Of a stretch of 64,000 bases of DNA, positions 50,765 to 63,982 are shown piece after piece. The DNA is from Octopus sinensis (taxonomy: Eukaryota), in contig NC_043011.1 of assembly GCF_006345805.1 (NCBI RefSeq), positions 44,156,464-44,220,463 of the forward strand. The letters are read 5' to 3'. Within the stretch, counting starts at the first letter, position 1; every line of letters begins with the position of its first letter. The position numbers were made by a program, and so were the translations under genes. The notes beneath the pieces were generated by a model, which did not search any database, was not told the DNA's origin, and saw only the letters and a list, made by a program, of their open reading frames with translations.

Positions 50765-52876
50765 AAGGGGTTTGTATGATTGTATATAGAGGGATATATA
50801 TTATACAAAGGAATTCCAACTATACTTTTTATATATTCCAATATATTTTTTATAATGTTAATGTAGAATATAGAATATATAGTATAAATAGTATATATAT
50901 AGTAAAATGAAATGAAGTATTGATTGTCTTATTGAATAGATGAAATATTGAATATCAAATATTAAGGGACTAGTATACTTTCTTGCATTTAAGCAGTCTT
51001 CAAGGTCCCAGGTGGTGACAGGAGTGTTTCATATATATATATATATATATACGCACACAATTACACAATGTACAAACGTAAACATACATGTATATACATA
51101 TATATATATACACACATTTGCAAAAGTATGCACACGCATACCCGTTTTCTCTATATCTATGTGATGACCTGTATGAGAAAAAACGTCGTCTTTATAATTT
51201 TTTGCTTTTAAAACTTTGGCGGAATTATGATGTAGGCACGTGCTAACACTCCTCATAACTTTTTTATTTTTACGAATTTTTTACAGAATTTTTTTTTCGA
51301 TTTTGTCTCCTGCATAATGGAATTAACACGATTATAGAAAAAAAGTGTGTAAAAATTCATAACAATAAAAAAGTTAATTCTCCTTTACATAGTCTATACC
51401 TAGTGATACAGTTGATACTATAGCTTCCTCGTACATATGTGTATATTATTACATACCCTAAACAAATTCCTCTCACAATTTTCCTTTCCGTTGAAGCGAC
51501 TGATTATTAGATAATATTTTATTGTGTTTGAGGAGTCATTCTCTATTAGTGCCTTATTATCTAACACACACACCGGTTCGATTTCCACTCATTTACTTTT
51601 CCTAAAATTTCTGTTGCCTCTTGCAATCTTTTCAATAATCGTTGACTTGTGAGTTATTTCCCCTTGAGTATCTTTAGCGTTGACTGTGAAAGACGGACAC
51701 TTGATGCTTAATAGCAACTATGGGAACCGTCAGCTTCGAATCAATTTATAAACGTCAATAATCTTTGTATTTGTGTGTGTGTGTGTGTGGTTCCAGGTTC
51801 AGTCCCACTGTGTGGCGTCTTGGACAAGTATCTTTTACTGCTGCCTCAGGCTGTCCAAAGCTTTATGAATAGATTTGAAAGAAGCCAATCAAGCGTGTGT
51901 GTGTGTATGTGTGTGTCTTGAATGTCGCATGATTGTTGCAAATGATTGTGATTGATTACCAAAATTCTGCGCAAACATGCCTGGCCATGAGGAAATACTA
52001 CATCATCATCATCATCATCATCATTTAGCGTCCGTTTTCCATGCTAGCATGGGTTGGACGGTTCAACTGGGGTCTGTGAAGCTGGAAGGCTTCATCAGGC
52101 CCAGTCAGATCTGGCAGTGTTTCTACGGCTGGATGCCCTTCCTAACGCCAACCATTCCGTGAGTGTAGCGGGTGCTTTTTACGTGCCACCCGCACAGGTG
52201 CCAGACAGAGCTGGCAAACGGCCACGAACGGATGGTGCTTTTACGTGTCACCGGCACGTTGCTTGGAAAAAGGTTTTGTTAGCAAGAAGGACAGCCTGCT
52301 GTAGAAAATCTGCCTCAGTACAACTCCATCCGACCCATGCAAGCATGGAAACTTGGACGTTAAGACGATGATGCAGAAGAGGGTGTCTCAGTGAGTGTTC
52401 AAAGTGGTCAGTTGAATGCATCCTATACCTATTTCTTTATTACCCACAAGGGGCTAAACATAGAGGGGACAAACAAGGACAGACATAGGTATTTAGTCAA
52501 TTAGATCGACCCCAGTGCGTAATTGGTACTTATTTAATTGACCCCGAAAGGAAGGAAGGCAAAGTCGACCTCAGCGGAATTTGAACTCAGAACGTAGCAG
52601 AAGACGAAATACTGCTGAGCATTTCGCCCGGCGTGCTAACGATTCTGCCAGCTCGCCACCTTAATACATCCTATACCACCACCTCCACTAAGTGTCCATA
52701 ATACAACTGTCAACAGCTCAGTCTATTCAGCTACATATAGGTACCACAGCCTACTAGTGTTCACTCTAACACTTGTACTAAACTGTCAACAACCCAGTCC
52801 ACCAAACTGTAAAATAGTTTTATTTCAATTCTATATTTCTGAGATGAGGAATTTTATATTATGTATTAGTACGAAT

Positions 52877-53191
52877 GTGGAGGTGCAATGGCCCAGTGGT
52901 TAGGGCAGCGGACTCGCGGTCGGAGGATCATGGTTTCGATTCTCAGACCAGGCGTTGTGTGTGTTTATTGAGCAAAAACGCCTAAAGCTCCACGAGGCTC
53001 TGGCAGGGGGTGGTGGCGACCCCTGTTGTGCTCTTTCACCTTAACTTTCTCTCACTCTTTCTTCCTGTTTCTTGAGTAACGTTTTGATGGACTGGCGTCC
53101 CGTCCAGCTGGGGGGAACACATATGCCATAGAAACTGGGAAACTGGGCCCATGAGCCTGGCTAAGCTTGAAAAGGGTCTATAAATAAATAA
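52877..53191 (+). mobile_element. Second SINE with family B head and V-SINE-like body
   Basis: gatggactggcgtcccgtccagctgggg; 12-bp TSD attagtacgaat / attagtaggaat (1 mismatch). Confidence 0.88.
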
Positions 53192-54256
53192 ATTAGTAGG
53201 AATGGTGTCCGCATCTTGATTGTTGCTTTCCCACTACATTTTGACTGTGTATAATCCAGCCTTGTTCTGTCATCTTAGTGACTTGCCTTAGTTAGAACTT
53301 AGGACCCCTAGGTGACTGCATTATATTTCAGTGCCTTTATCCACTACGCTAAGCCCATTGGCAGTGTCAGAGTGAATTTTTAAGGCTTATAAATCTCTAC
53401 TGATGTCTTATGTTGGCTCCATATCAATTGGATAATACAATTCTATATTTCCAAGATGAAGAATTTTACAGCATCTGTTGGTCTGAGCAATGTTCTCATC
53501 CTGCTTGTTGCTTCCACAGCATTTCAGCTGTGTACACTTCAGCCTTCTTTAGGTGCCTTGTGATTCCCCTTAGTGCCTTGCATGGGATTGAACTCAATGA
53601 AAGCAACAATCAAGATGAGGACAGGCCCCTGTTTGAGAACCACTGAGCTAGATACTGAGGTTGATCTGAGCAACTATACTACCCTTTTCTCCCTCTTTAT
53701 GCATCTATTAAAGTATATTATTATTACTATTGATAGTGAAACGATTGTTTGTGATTAATCTATATTTTTGTTATTTTTCATTTGTCTTGCTCGCTTACAT
53801 TTCTGGTGTGCTAAATTTTCTGGAGAACAATTCTTAGTGGTTGAGACCATAGTGGATCTTCTTCTAGCATAAGGGTTTCCACAAAGTGTTTAAAAAATTC
53901 CCTTTTATATTTATGTATGAAATACTATTTACTGAATCTCAGTTTTTTTTTATATGCTAGACCACTGGTGTTAAAATTGATGTTATCAAATTAATATCCA
54001 ATTTTTCACTCTCATTTTGATTTTATTATTACTATTTTATATTTTATCATGTCCTCTCTTATGCCCTCCTATCTTGATAGTTTGCTCTGACACACCATCA
54101 CTACCATCTTCAGCTTTCTCTCCCCAATTACTACTACTCTCCCTTATAATGTGGGCTAGCTATGTACCTCTCACTATAACAAGACACTTATTCTTGTCCC
54201 TCTATCATACTTTAACCTCTCAGCACCCAACATAAACCGCCTTGCCCTCTCTAATA

Positions 54257-54647
54257 AGGAGGAAAGGAAGCACTCCGTCGGTTACGACGACGAGGGTTCC
54301 GGTTGATCCGATCAACAGAACAGCCTGCTCGTGAAATTAACGTGTAAGTGGCTGAGCACTCCACAGACACGTGCACCCTTAACGTAGTTCTCGGGGATAT
54401 TCAGCGTGACACAGAGAGTGACAAGGCCGGCCCTTTGAAATACAGGTACAACAGAAACAGGAAGTAAGAGTGAGAGAAAGTTGTGGCGAAAGAGTACAGC
54501 AGGGATCAATACCATCCCTGCCGGAGCCTCGTGAAGCTTTAGGTGTTTTCGCTCAATAAACACTCACAACGCCCGGTCTGGGAATCGAAACCGCGATCCT
54601 ACGACTGCGAGTTCGCTGCCCTAATCACTGGGCCATTGCGCCTCCAC
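54257..54647 (-). mobile_element. Young SINE family B copy
   Basis: Perfect 13-bp TSD gccctctctaata (54244-54256 / 54648-54660). Confidence 0.93.
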
Positions 54648-55714
54648 GCCCTCTCTAATACACCCTCCCACACTTACTCATGGGGATTTTTTCTCTTAAG
54701 GAAAGAGAAAAATGCCCTTACAACTTACTTGGCAACGTCTCTAGTGTTGGTGGCATGAAAAAAACATCTGGTATACACTGTAAGGTGGCTGACATTGGGA
54801 AGGGCTTCTGGCCTGTAGAAAACAATGCTAACGCTGTCATTGGAGCTTCATGTAACCCTGCAGATTGCTGGATCTTGTCAAACCATCCAACTCATACCAG
54901 TATGAAAAACAGATTTTGAATTATAACGATTTTAAGCTTTAATCCTCGTGTAGATGGGAGAGAGAGAGAATCCCAGTCAATACCAGTAATACCATTTACA
55001 TCATTTAATCTCGATATTTGTTGACATTTTACCAGTATTGACACTAATCTGCTAATATTAAGTTGATATGAGCCAATGAGAGAGTTTCATGACACATGAC
55101 AATAGAATTAGCAGCCAGATCTGTTCCCAAAATAACACCTTTAATGTCTTAAATAGTGAAAGGTGCACTGAATAAGATAACACGTAATATACAGGATGGT
55201 TAAGGCAGTGAGATGCCAGAAAAGTTAGTGCTCTGGACAGAGTGCCCAGTAGCATTTCGCCTGTCTTTAAATTCTGAATCCAAATTCCCCCAAAGTTTGA
55301 CTTTGCTTTTCATCTTGTTGGGGTTGCTAAAATATGTACCAGTTAAGCACTGGTGGGGGGTTGATGCAATCAACTTATTCCCTCTTCAAAAACTACTGGC
55401 TTTGTGCCAATATACAGAATGGTTATTGCTGGAACAGCTTTGCAGGTCAACCCGCTCGTGGCTCACCCACAGCTAAACAGCAACATAAATATCATCATCA
55501 TCATCATCATCATCATTTAACATCTCTGTCTGATGCTAGCATTGGTTGGATGGTTTGACAAAATCCAGTAGGCTCAAAGGTTGCATCATGCTCCAGTGTC
55601 TTTTTACCATGGTTTCTACATCTGGATGCCCTTCCTAATGCAATCCACTTTACAGTGTGTACCAGGTGCTATTTTTTTTCTTCATGCTACTACTTCTAGT
55701 GAGATTACCATGTA

Positions 55715-56262
55715 TTGGGTTGTCCGGAAAGTTCGTGCCGATTTATAGTAGCTTACCGTTCGACTTATTTTAGAACATGGTTGAGTCCATAAAACAGGAT
55801 TTGACTACACCTCCATTTAGAGCACAGTTTAAGCTATCTTTTCGTGGAAGACGGTTTATGTTCCTGTAACCCTTTAAAATGGAAGATAAGAAAGTTCATT
55901 TTCGGCACTTGATGCTTTGGGAACCAGACAAAAATTGCTGCAGCTCAGCTGGGATGTGTTACCCTACCCTCCATATTCACCAGATATTGCTCCTTCAGAT
56001 TTCCACTTATTCAGGTCTCTGCAGAATAGTCTTAATGGTAAAAATTTCAATTCCTTGGATGACGTTAAAAGATACCTTGATAAATTCTTTGCCATGAAAC
56101 CACCCCAATTCTGGGAAGAGGGTATTTTCAAGTTAAAGGAAAGATGAAGACGCATTGTGCAACAAAATGGTTCATATTTGGTTGATTAAAAATGTAATGG
56201 CAAATATTTATTGACCTTTTTCTTTCCTTTAAAAATCGGCACGAACTTTCCAGACAACCCAA
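55715..56262 (+). mobile_element. Internally deleted mariner transposon (mellifera-like), 548 bp
   Basis: 30-bp TIRs ttgggttgtccggaaagttcgtgccgattt (1 mismatch), TA on both sides. N-terminus MEDKKVHFRHLMLW joined to C-terminus QKLLQLSWDVLPYPPYSPDIAPSDFHLFRSLQNSL...KER*. Confidence 0.93.
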
Positions 56263-56688
56263 TAGCTTGTGAGACCACTAAATTCAAGTGAGGAAGAGCT
56301 TTATGCTTGAGGAATAAGGTGTAGGGAGGCATAGTGTTCAAGAGAAAAGGGCTGAAGCAGAACAGGTTGCTAAAGAGGAGCTACATTACTGCTTGTATGC
56401 ATGCATGCATGTGTGTGTGTGTGTGTGTGTGTGTGTATGATTAAAGTGTCCACTCAGAGCTGACCTAATGTTAAACATGCACACACACACGCACACACAC
56501 ACACACACACACATATCATCATCGTCATCATTATTTCAGTTTCAATCTCCCAAATCCATTTTTGGTCAGCCAAGACCTATAGTAAAATACGTTTGCCCAA
56601 GGTGCCATGCAGTGGGACTGAACCCGGGACCTTGTGGTCAGGAAGAAAACTTCTTGCCACACAGCCATACCTCTACCTATATATATAT

Positions 56689-56822
56689 ATACTTTATTTA
56701 AAAGCAGCATAAATTCAACAAAACCTGTTACTCGGAGTTTCACAAAAACTGTCCGACGAACAGGAACGTGAAACTCTGAGTAACTGGTTTTGTTGAATTT
56801 ATGCTGCTTTTAAATAAAGCAT
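56689..56822. repeat. Foldback, 55-bp arms (3 mismatches), 24-nt loop
   Basis: 56689-56743 versus 56768-56822. Confidence 0.93.
56749..56786 (+). ncRNA. Variant hammerhead-like motif (U4 to C)
   Basis: cugu-CCGACGA-AC(aggaac)GU-GAAA-CUC(u)GA-GUA/acug: core differs from CUGANGA at one position; stems I and II are short. Confidence 0.35.
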
Positions 56823-58035
56823 ATTACTCCACCCCTGGTATTTGAGTACTCTTTTTTCCACCTTGTTTCACATTTATGTTTTTACTCCGGTATATATATA
56901 TATATATATATATTATTGTGAATGTATTAAACCTTCAGTTTTTCTCAAACTTGATGTAAATTGAACAGATTAATCTCAAAATCTGCTTTTCCAGTAGTAC
57001 AGTGTAGGTATGAGATAGTGGTTGATACAAGTCTACCTTCGTATTAGAGATCAATGTGTTGTAAAACGTGGGTTGAAGTAGTGCCAACAATATCGTTTGA
57101 ACTTATCACATATGTCAGGCTGCTTTCCAACAGCTTCACCACACATCCACCTCACTGACTCACATGCATACCACTCCTGTCTCTAACTCAGAGATTCATT
57201 TCTGTGATATCTTGTCAGCAATCTTGATCTTCTTATTTTCAATGTTGTAGTTGATGTCGCGTATATGCTAACATACAGGTACACGTATATGTGTGTGCAT
57301 ATATATACTCTCTTTACTCTTTTTACTTGTTTTAGTCATTTCACTGTGGCCATGCTGGAGCACCACCTTTAGTCAAAGAAATTGACCCCAGGACTTATTC
57401 ATTATAAGCCTAGTACTTATTCTATCGGTCACTTTTGCCGAACCGCTAAGTGATGGGGATGTAAACACACCAGCATCCATTGTCAAGTGATGTTGGCGGA
57501 CAAACACAGACACACAAACATACACACACACACACACACACATACACACACATAAATATATACAACGAGCTTCTTTCAGTTTCTGTCTACCAAATCTACT
57601 CACAAGGCTTTGGTCAGCCCGAAGCTATAGAAGAAGACACTTGCCCAAGATGCCACGCAGTGGGACTGAACCCAGAACCATGTGGTTGGTAAGCAAGCTA
57701 CTTACCACACAGCCACTCCTATATCCAAACAATATAAATACACAGACAACACACACACCCATGTGTGTGTGTATGAGTAAGCACATAAATGCAAAACAAA
57801 GTGGAAAAAAATAGTACTCGAATATCGAAGGTTGAGTAATATTATGCCAGTACCACCAAACTGGCCCTTGTGCCTATGGCACATAAAAAGCACCCACTAC
57901 ACTCTCGGACTGGTTGGTGTTAGGAAGGGCATCCAGCTGTAGAAACTCTGCCAGATCAGATTGGTGTCTGGTTCGCCAGAACTCAGTCAAATCGTCCAAC
58001 ACATGCTATCATGGAAAGCAGACATTAAACAATGA

Positions 58036-58079
<44 letters not shown>

Positions 58080-58351
58080 TCATGATAGTACAAGATACTT
58101 GCCCAAGATGCTATGCAGTGGGACTAAAGCTGGAACCATGTATATATCATCATCATCATCTATAAAATGTGTGTGTGCGTGTGTGTGTATATGTATGTAT
58201 ATATATATATATGTATGTGTGTATATATATATATATATATACATACACATATATACATATACCTACACACATATGTACATATACACACACACACACATAT
58301 ATATACATATACATACACACATGTATGTATATGTCTATATAGTGTTAAAAA

Positions 58352-58470
58352 GCTCTTGAGAGGTGAACAGCAGAAGGTCTTCAGTGAAGAAATCCCCATC
58401 GGGCAAATGTTTCAGCCCGAGGGAGGAGGTTTCTTCACTGAAGACCGTCTGCTGTGCAACTCTCTAGAGA
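58352..58470. other. Long imperfect hairpin, pre-miRNA-like geometry
   Basis: cagcagaaggtcttcagtgaagaaa pairs with tttcttcactgaagaccgtctgctg (24/25), plus tcgggc/gcccga below a 10-nt loop and looser basal pairing. Confidence 0.85.
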
Positions 58471-58499
58471 GTTTCTTGCCATTATATATATATATATAT

Positions 58500-58696
58500 A
58501 TAATTGGTGTAGCTTTCAATGCCAAAATTTGGCACAAATCCTTCCAGGATCTTCCAGATATATATTACTGCATACCTCTCCCGTCTTCTCTCCAGGGAGT
58601 AGAGTCTTAGCTGTTTCAACCTTTCCCAGTAGCTAAGCTGTTGCAAAGAGACGATCTTCCTTGTGAATCTTCTCTGGATTGCTTCAAGGTCCGCTG

Positions 58697-58699
<3 letters not shown>
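58500..58699 (-). mobile_element. CR1/L2-group LINE ORF2 C-terminal fragment
   Basis: [57 protein letters not shown] resembles the LE.VQRR.TK...[15 protein letters not shown] motif. Confidence 0.85.
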
Positions 58700-58749
<50 letters not shown>

Positions 58750-59134
58750 TATATATAGATACACATATGTATATGTATATATATATATGTGTATGTATAT
58801 GTGTGTATATATGTATGTATATATATATATATACATATGTATATACATATGTATATATATATATATATAATATATATATATAACATACATATGTATATAT
58901 ATGTATGTGTGTGTGTGTGTGTATGTTTGTGTGTCTGTATTTGTTCCCCTAGCATTGCTCGACAACCGATGCTGGTGCGTTTACATTTCCGTAACTTAGT
59001 GGTTCGGCAAAGGAACCCGATAGAATAAGTACTAGGCTCCCAAAGAATAAGTCCTGGGGTCAATTTGCTTGACTAAAGGCAGTGCTCCAGCATGGCCACA
59101 GTCAAATGACTGAAACAAGTAAAGGAGTAAAGAG

Positions 59135-59165
<31 letters not shown>

Positions 59166-59359
59166 TGGTGTTTATATATTGATTTTATTTTCTGTTCTGT
59201 GCCCGTTTTTTCACAGGTGGAATTAAATACATTTTTTGATTGCTTTCAACTTTCATAACCATTGATTGTGGTTCATTTGACTGGGATGAGAGTGAAACAG
59301 AGAGAGAGAGTTTCCGTTAAGCAATAACTGACAGCAATAGTAAGGAGGAGAGAATGTTA

Positions 59360-59740
59360 TATTCTCTCATCATCATCATCTTTGCCATTAACATTCCAAT
59401 CACCATTGCTATCATCTGTACTGTTATCAACATCATCACCATCATCCTTGATGATATCATCATCATCATCATCATCATCATAACTGTCATCAGCACCAAC
59501 ACTTTTTTTAACATGGCTATCATTATCAACATGACCGTCATCATAACTGCCATCACTATTGTCAGCAGCATCATCATCATTGTCATCACCATCATTACCA
59601 CTGTCTTCGCCACCACCACCACCATCATCACTATCGCCACCACCACCATCCCCACCTCCACCACAACCACCACCACCACCATCATCACTATCACCACCAC
59701 CACCACCATCATCACCATCGCCACCACCACCACCGCCACT
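59360..59740. repeat. Degenerate (CAT)n/(CAC)n trinucleotide tract
   Basis: Direct reading. Confidence 0.92.
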
Positions 59741-60065
59741 TCTACAACTACACTGAAATGTAATAATGTTGTGTGGTGGCAGTGTAGGTTGATGAATGAG
59801 AATGAGTTTTATGGTTCAATAACTCGGTAGTCTAGCTCTCCATTACAGATCTTTGACAACGATGAGGATGGTGATGATGAGGATGATACTGATGCATCGC
59901 CTCCATCAACACCACCTTCCTTCCTTCCTTCCTCTCTCTCTCTCTCACTCTCTCTCTCTCTCTCCATTTACTAATCAATACATGTTCAGTGTATGCTTCC
60001 ACACCACTCCTGTTTCTCCTTCTCCTCTCTCGCTACTCCGACGTCGCTCACACACGCACTCACCG

Positions 60066-60096
<31 letters not shown>

Positions 60097-60231
60097 CACT
60101 CACACACATTCCACCACATTAAACACATCTCCATCCGTTTCTGTTTCATCAATAACACCACATCTGCCACCTACACCACAACCACTATGACTGTGTGTGT
60201 GTTTGTGTGTACTTGTTCATGTATACATACA

Positions 60232-60270
<39 letters not shown>

Positions 60271-61878
60271 GCACACACACATATACACATGCATGCATAC
60301 ATACTTTGATACATATAGATACATATACACATGCAGTTATATATATATTATATATATCTACATACCTACATACAAGTGTGTGTGTGTGTCTATACAAAAT
60401 AGACAGTGATTGTCAAGTTTCACCAAAATTTGGCAGCTTCCAGTTTGAACCAACCAGCCGAGTTTCTGCAGAACTTTGAATTTATCATCTGTCTAGATTT
60501 TTATCAGAAAAAATATTAAGTCTACCTTCTGATGTTATTGACTGGAAAGTGAAAGTAGGCTTGAAGAAATTGCTCATGCTCCAAAGCTATGTTGCAATAA
60601 TGAAGTAGAGTCATGAGGGTACAGCATGATTGGATTTGATTTTAAGAGAACACGTGAGAGGGAGGGAGGGAGCGATGGTTCCTGGTTTTATAGAAAGACG
60701 AAATTAGAGACAAGGACTGTGAACGTGTGATAAGTTTTCATGAGTGAAAAAATATGTTGGAAATTAAAGAAATGCATGACCTAGGGTTAAGACGAAAGGA
60801 ATTCGACATTAAGATGAGAAAAACAGAACAAGAAAGTATTAAGGGTTTATGTTGATAATACTCGCAAAAATACAATGAAAGGGATGGCAGGGTGAAACTT
60901 AAAAATCTCACCGGGGGTTACTCATTTTCTAAAATTCAAAATCGAAATCGATCAACATCAATGGAAATTGTAGTTGTGATACCAGTGCCAGTGGCACTTA
61001 AGAGAACCATCCGAACGTGGCTGTTGCCAGCGCCGCCCCGACTGGCCTCCGTGCCGGTGGCACGTAAAAAGCACCATCCGATTGTGGCCGTTGCCAGCCT
61101 CATCTGGCCCCCATGCCGGTGGCACGTAAAAAGCACCATCTGATCGTGGCCGTTTGCCAGCCTCGTCTGGCACCTGTGCAGGTGGCACGTAAAAAGCACC
61201 CACTACACTCACGGAGTGGTTGGCGTTAGGAAGGGCATCCAGCTGTAGAAACATTGCCAGATCAGACTGGGCCTGGTGCCGCCTTCTGGCTTTCCAGACC
61301 CCAGTTGAACTGTCCAACCGATGCTAGCATGGAAAACGGACGTTAAACGATGATGATGATTGTTAAGTGAATGGTGTCTTGGAAAGATAATAAGGAATAC
61401 ACTCATGAAACAAAGGGCTTGTCCCAGATATGTAAGCAGTATTATAATGTGGTTTATGATGCTTGTGTATGTAACAACAGCACTGTACCAGATATGTAAG
61501 CAGTATTGTAATCTGGTCTATGATGTTTGTGTGACAGCAACATTGTCACAGTAATGTAAGTAGTGTTGCAATGTGGTTTTAGCAACAAACACTTTATTCT
61601 ACATAACTTCAGGATACCAGAGAAATTCCTTTCCAAATGTATTTACATTCCTTTGTGTTTGAAATTACAGCTGCTCTCATGCTGGTGCCCTGTCTTGAAG
61701 GGTTTTGTCAGCAACCCCAGTGCTTGTTTTTCATGCCTGGTACTTATTCTATAGGTCGCTTTTGCCAAACCGCTAAGTTATAAGGACATAAACAAACCAG
61801 CACTGGTTATCAAACAGTGTAGGGAACAAATACAATGCAAATAGACACACATACATACATACATACATATATACATTA

Positions 61879-62190
61879 TCTATTATATAGAATCCGTTCT
61901 GTCTGTCTGTGTGTGTGTCTTCTAGGATCTTGGGCATCCTCCATCTGATTGCTCTCAAATTTGATATATAGATACCGATGGCATCAGGATATGTATAAGT
62001 CTTGAAAAAATTGCAAAAATCGATTCCAGGTGAGAATGTGATCGATAAAGCCGTGGGAACATGCATTTGTACACGCAAGTACATCAGCTGTTATGATCAA
62101 TACTACGCACACACGAGAAAAATGCACATGCAGTTGTTGCTTTTGTACTGTTTAAAGGCACATTTCTTTCCTGCCAAGCTTACTGTTTAA
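61879..62190 (+). mobile_element. Possible non-autonomous Helitron-like 5' end
   Basis: Starts tctattatata, then (ctgt)n and a ctcaaatttgatat block, as in Helitron-derived repeats; no CTAG 3' end or terminal hairpin found. Confidence 0.3.
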
Positions 62191-62462
62191 ACCATGCTTG
62201 TGTTCTCCCAGTCAACAGCCTTATCATTACTGGTACTTTAAACTCTTCGGTTGCATATTTGTGTGAATAAAATCGTTTTTCTTTGGAATAGAAAAAAAAC
62301 GTCTATCATTATTTCTTCTTTTGCTGGTGTCTCAAATTTAGGTTAAATCAGTGTTTCTCAAAGGGGAGGCCTATGGGACGATCGGACAAGCTGTTTTGAG
62401 AGAATTTGGTTTAAATGTTTGACAGCTCGGCACCGTCCATTAGACATGGAGCGTTTTGCTCG

Positions 62463-62495
<33 letters not shown>

Positions 62496-62959
62496 GAGTG
62501 TATTTTACCTTGTTAACAATTAACACGGATAAATGAATGAATAGTTACCAGGGCAGCAAAATCTCACAAGTAAAGATGTTGTAACTCCTTGTTTATAAAG
62601 GTTGAAACTTCGTGTTTACGTTGAATATTTGAATAATAGGAATAAAAAATGGAGTCAACGCAGGTTTAAACAAGTATTTTTTCTTTCTACATCATCATCA
62701 TCATCATCATCGTTTAACGTCGCTTCCGCGCTATCACGGGTTGGCACGGTTGTTGACCGGGTCTGGGAAGCCAGGGGCCGCTCCAGGCTCCAGTCTGAAT
62801 CTGGCAGTTTTCTACGGCTGGATGCCCTTCCAACGCCAACCACTCCGTGAGTGGATTGGGTGCTTTTTACGTGCCACCTGCACAGGGGCCGGAGGGTCCG
62901 GCATCGTCACGATCGATTCGAGCATTTTACGTTGTCAGCGGCACGGGGGCAAACGAGGT

Positions 62960-63420
62960 CCGGGGTACTTTGGGGACTGGGGTATTTTGGGGATCCGGGG
63001 TACTTTGGGGATCCGGGGTATTTAGAATGGGTAGGGGGGTACTTAGAATGGGTAGGGGGGTACTTAGAATGGGTAGGTGACGAGGCGGGAGGGTACTAAA
63101 AGGGGATGGTCGGATTGAGGCAGTGGTCAGGAGGAAGCGTAAGATCGGTGGGCAGTTGATGAGCTATGGCGCTAGCAGCTTGTCTTAAGCATATGAGGAG
63201 AAGTGGTAGTGGGAGGAGGAGGAGGGAGTAGGCGGTACCCAGTGTAGATGAGTAAGGTGTATCCGTGTAGATAGAGAGAACGGGGTATACTGGTATTGGT
63301 GGTGGGGGGGGTGAGAACAGTGTTCAACGGTATTGGTGGTGGGGGTGAGAACAGTGTTCAACGGTTATTGGTGGTGGGGGTGAGAACAGTGTTCAACGGT
63401 ATTGGTGGTGGGGGTGGGGG
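62960..63420. repeat. G-rich short tandem repeats (~18-bp, ~18-bp and ~34-bp units)
   Basis: ggggtactttggggatcc-like units, ttagaatgggtaggggggtac x3, ggtattggtggtgggggtgagaacagtgttcaac x2-3. Confidence 0.9.
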
Positions 63421-63430
63421 GGCGGGCGCA

Positions 63431-63982
63431 CCGCCAATGACTGAAAGATGGGAAAAAATGGGATTACGGCTTGAGGCAGCCTGCGGTTAAATATTGTAGA
63501 GAGAGAGATAGGAAGATAAATCAAGTTATGGCGAAGGCTTGAAAGTATCTTAAAAAGGTTAAATTTCGTAACAGTGTATGAATAAACGTATTAACAACGA
63601 ATAAAAAAATATAGTAAGATAAATTTTTTAAGAACTTGCTGCGGTCATCGAGCGGGAGTTGAAATTGAAGAAGAAAGTAGTTGAACTGGAATTTAAATTG
63701 CAGAATCGTAATAGTAATAGTAATGGCGGTTTTCAATTTTAGCATATGAAGAAGAAGAGGAGAAAAAGAAGACCGCCAATGACTGAAAGATGGGAAAAAG
63801 ATGGGATTACGGCTTGAGGCAGCCTGCGGTTAAATATTGTTGAGAGAGAGATAGGAAGATAAATCAAGTTATGGCGAAGGCTTGAAAGTATCTTAAAAAA
63901 GGTTAAATTTCGTAACAGTGTATGAATAAACGTATTAACACGAATAAAAAAAAATATAGTAAGATAAATTTTTTAAGAACTT
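63431..63982. repeat. Near-identical ~208-bp direct repeat (63431-63637 and 63773-63982)
   Basis: Offset 342 bp; differences are mainly homopolymer lengths. Confidence 0.93.

Noticed and set aside
59216-59260. Strong-looking acceptor tttttcacag as next exon after 49663
   Set aside because: All three frames stop within 14 codons (KWN* in the required phase); cannot be supported without transcripts.
59317-59830. Ile/Thr-rich and Val/Met-rich ORFs resembling membrane proteins
   Set aside because: Degenerate (CAT)n/(CAC)n tract, open in several frames on both strands, with no splice or domain support.
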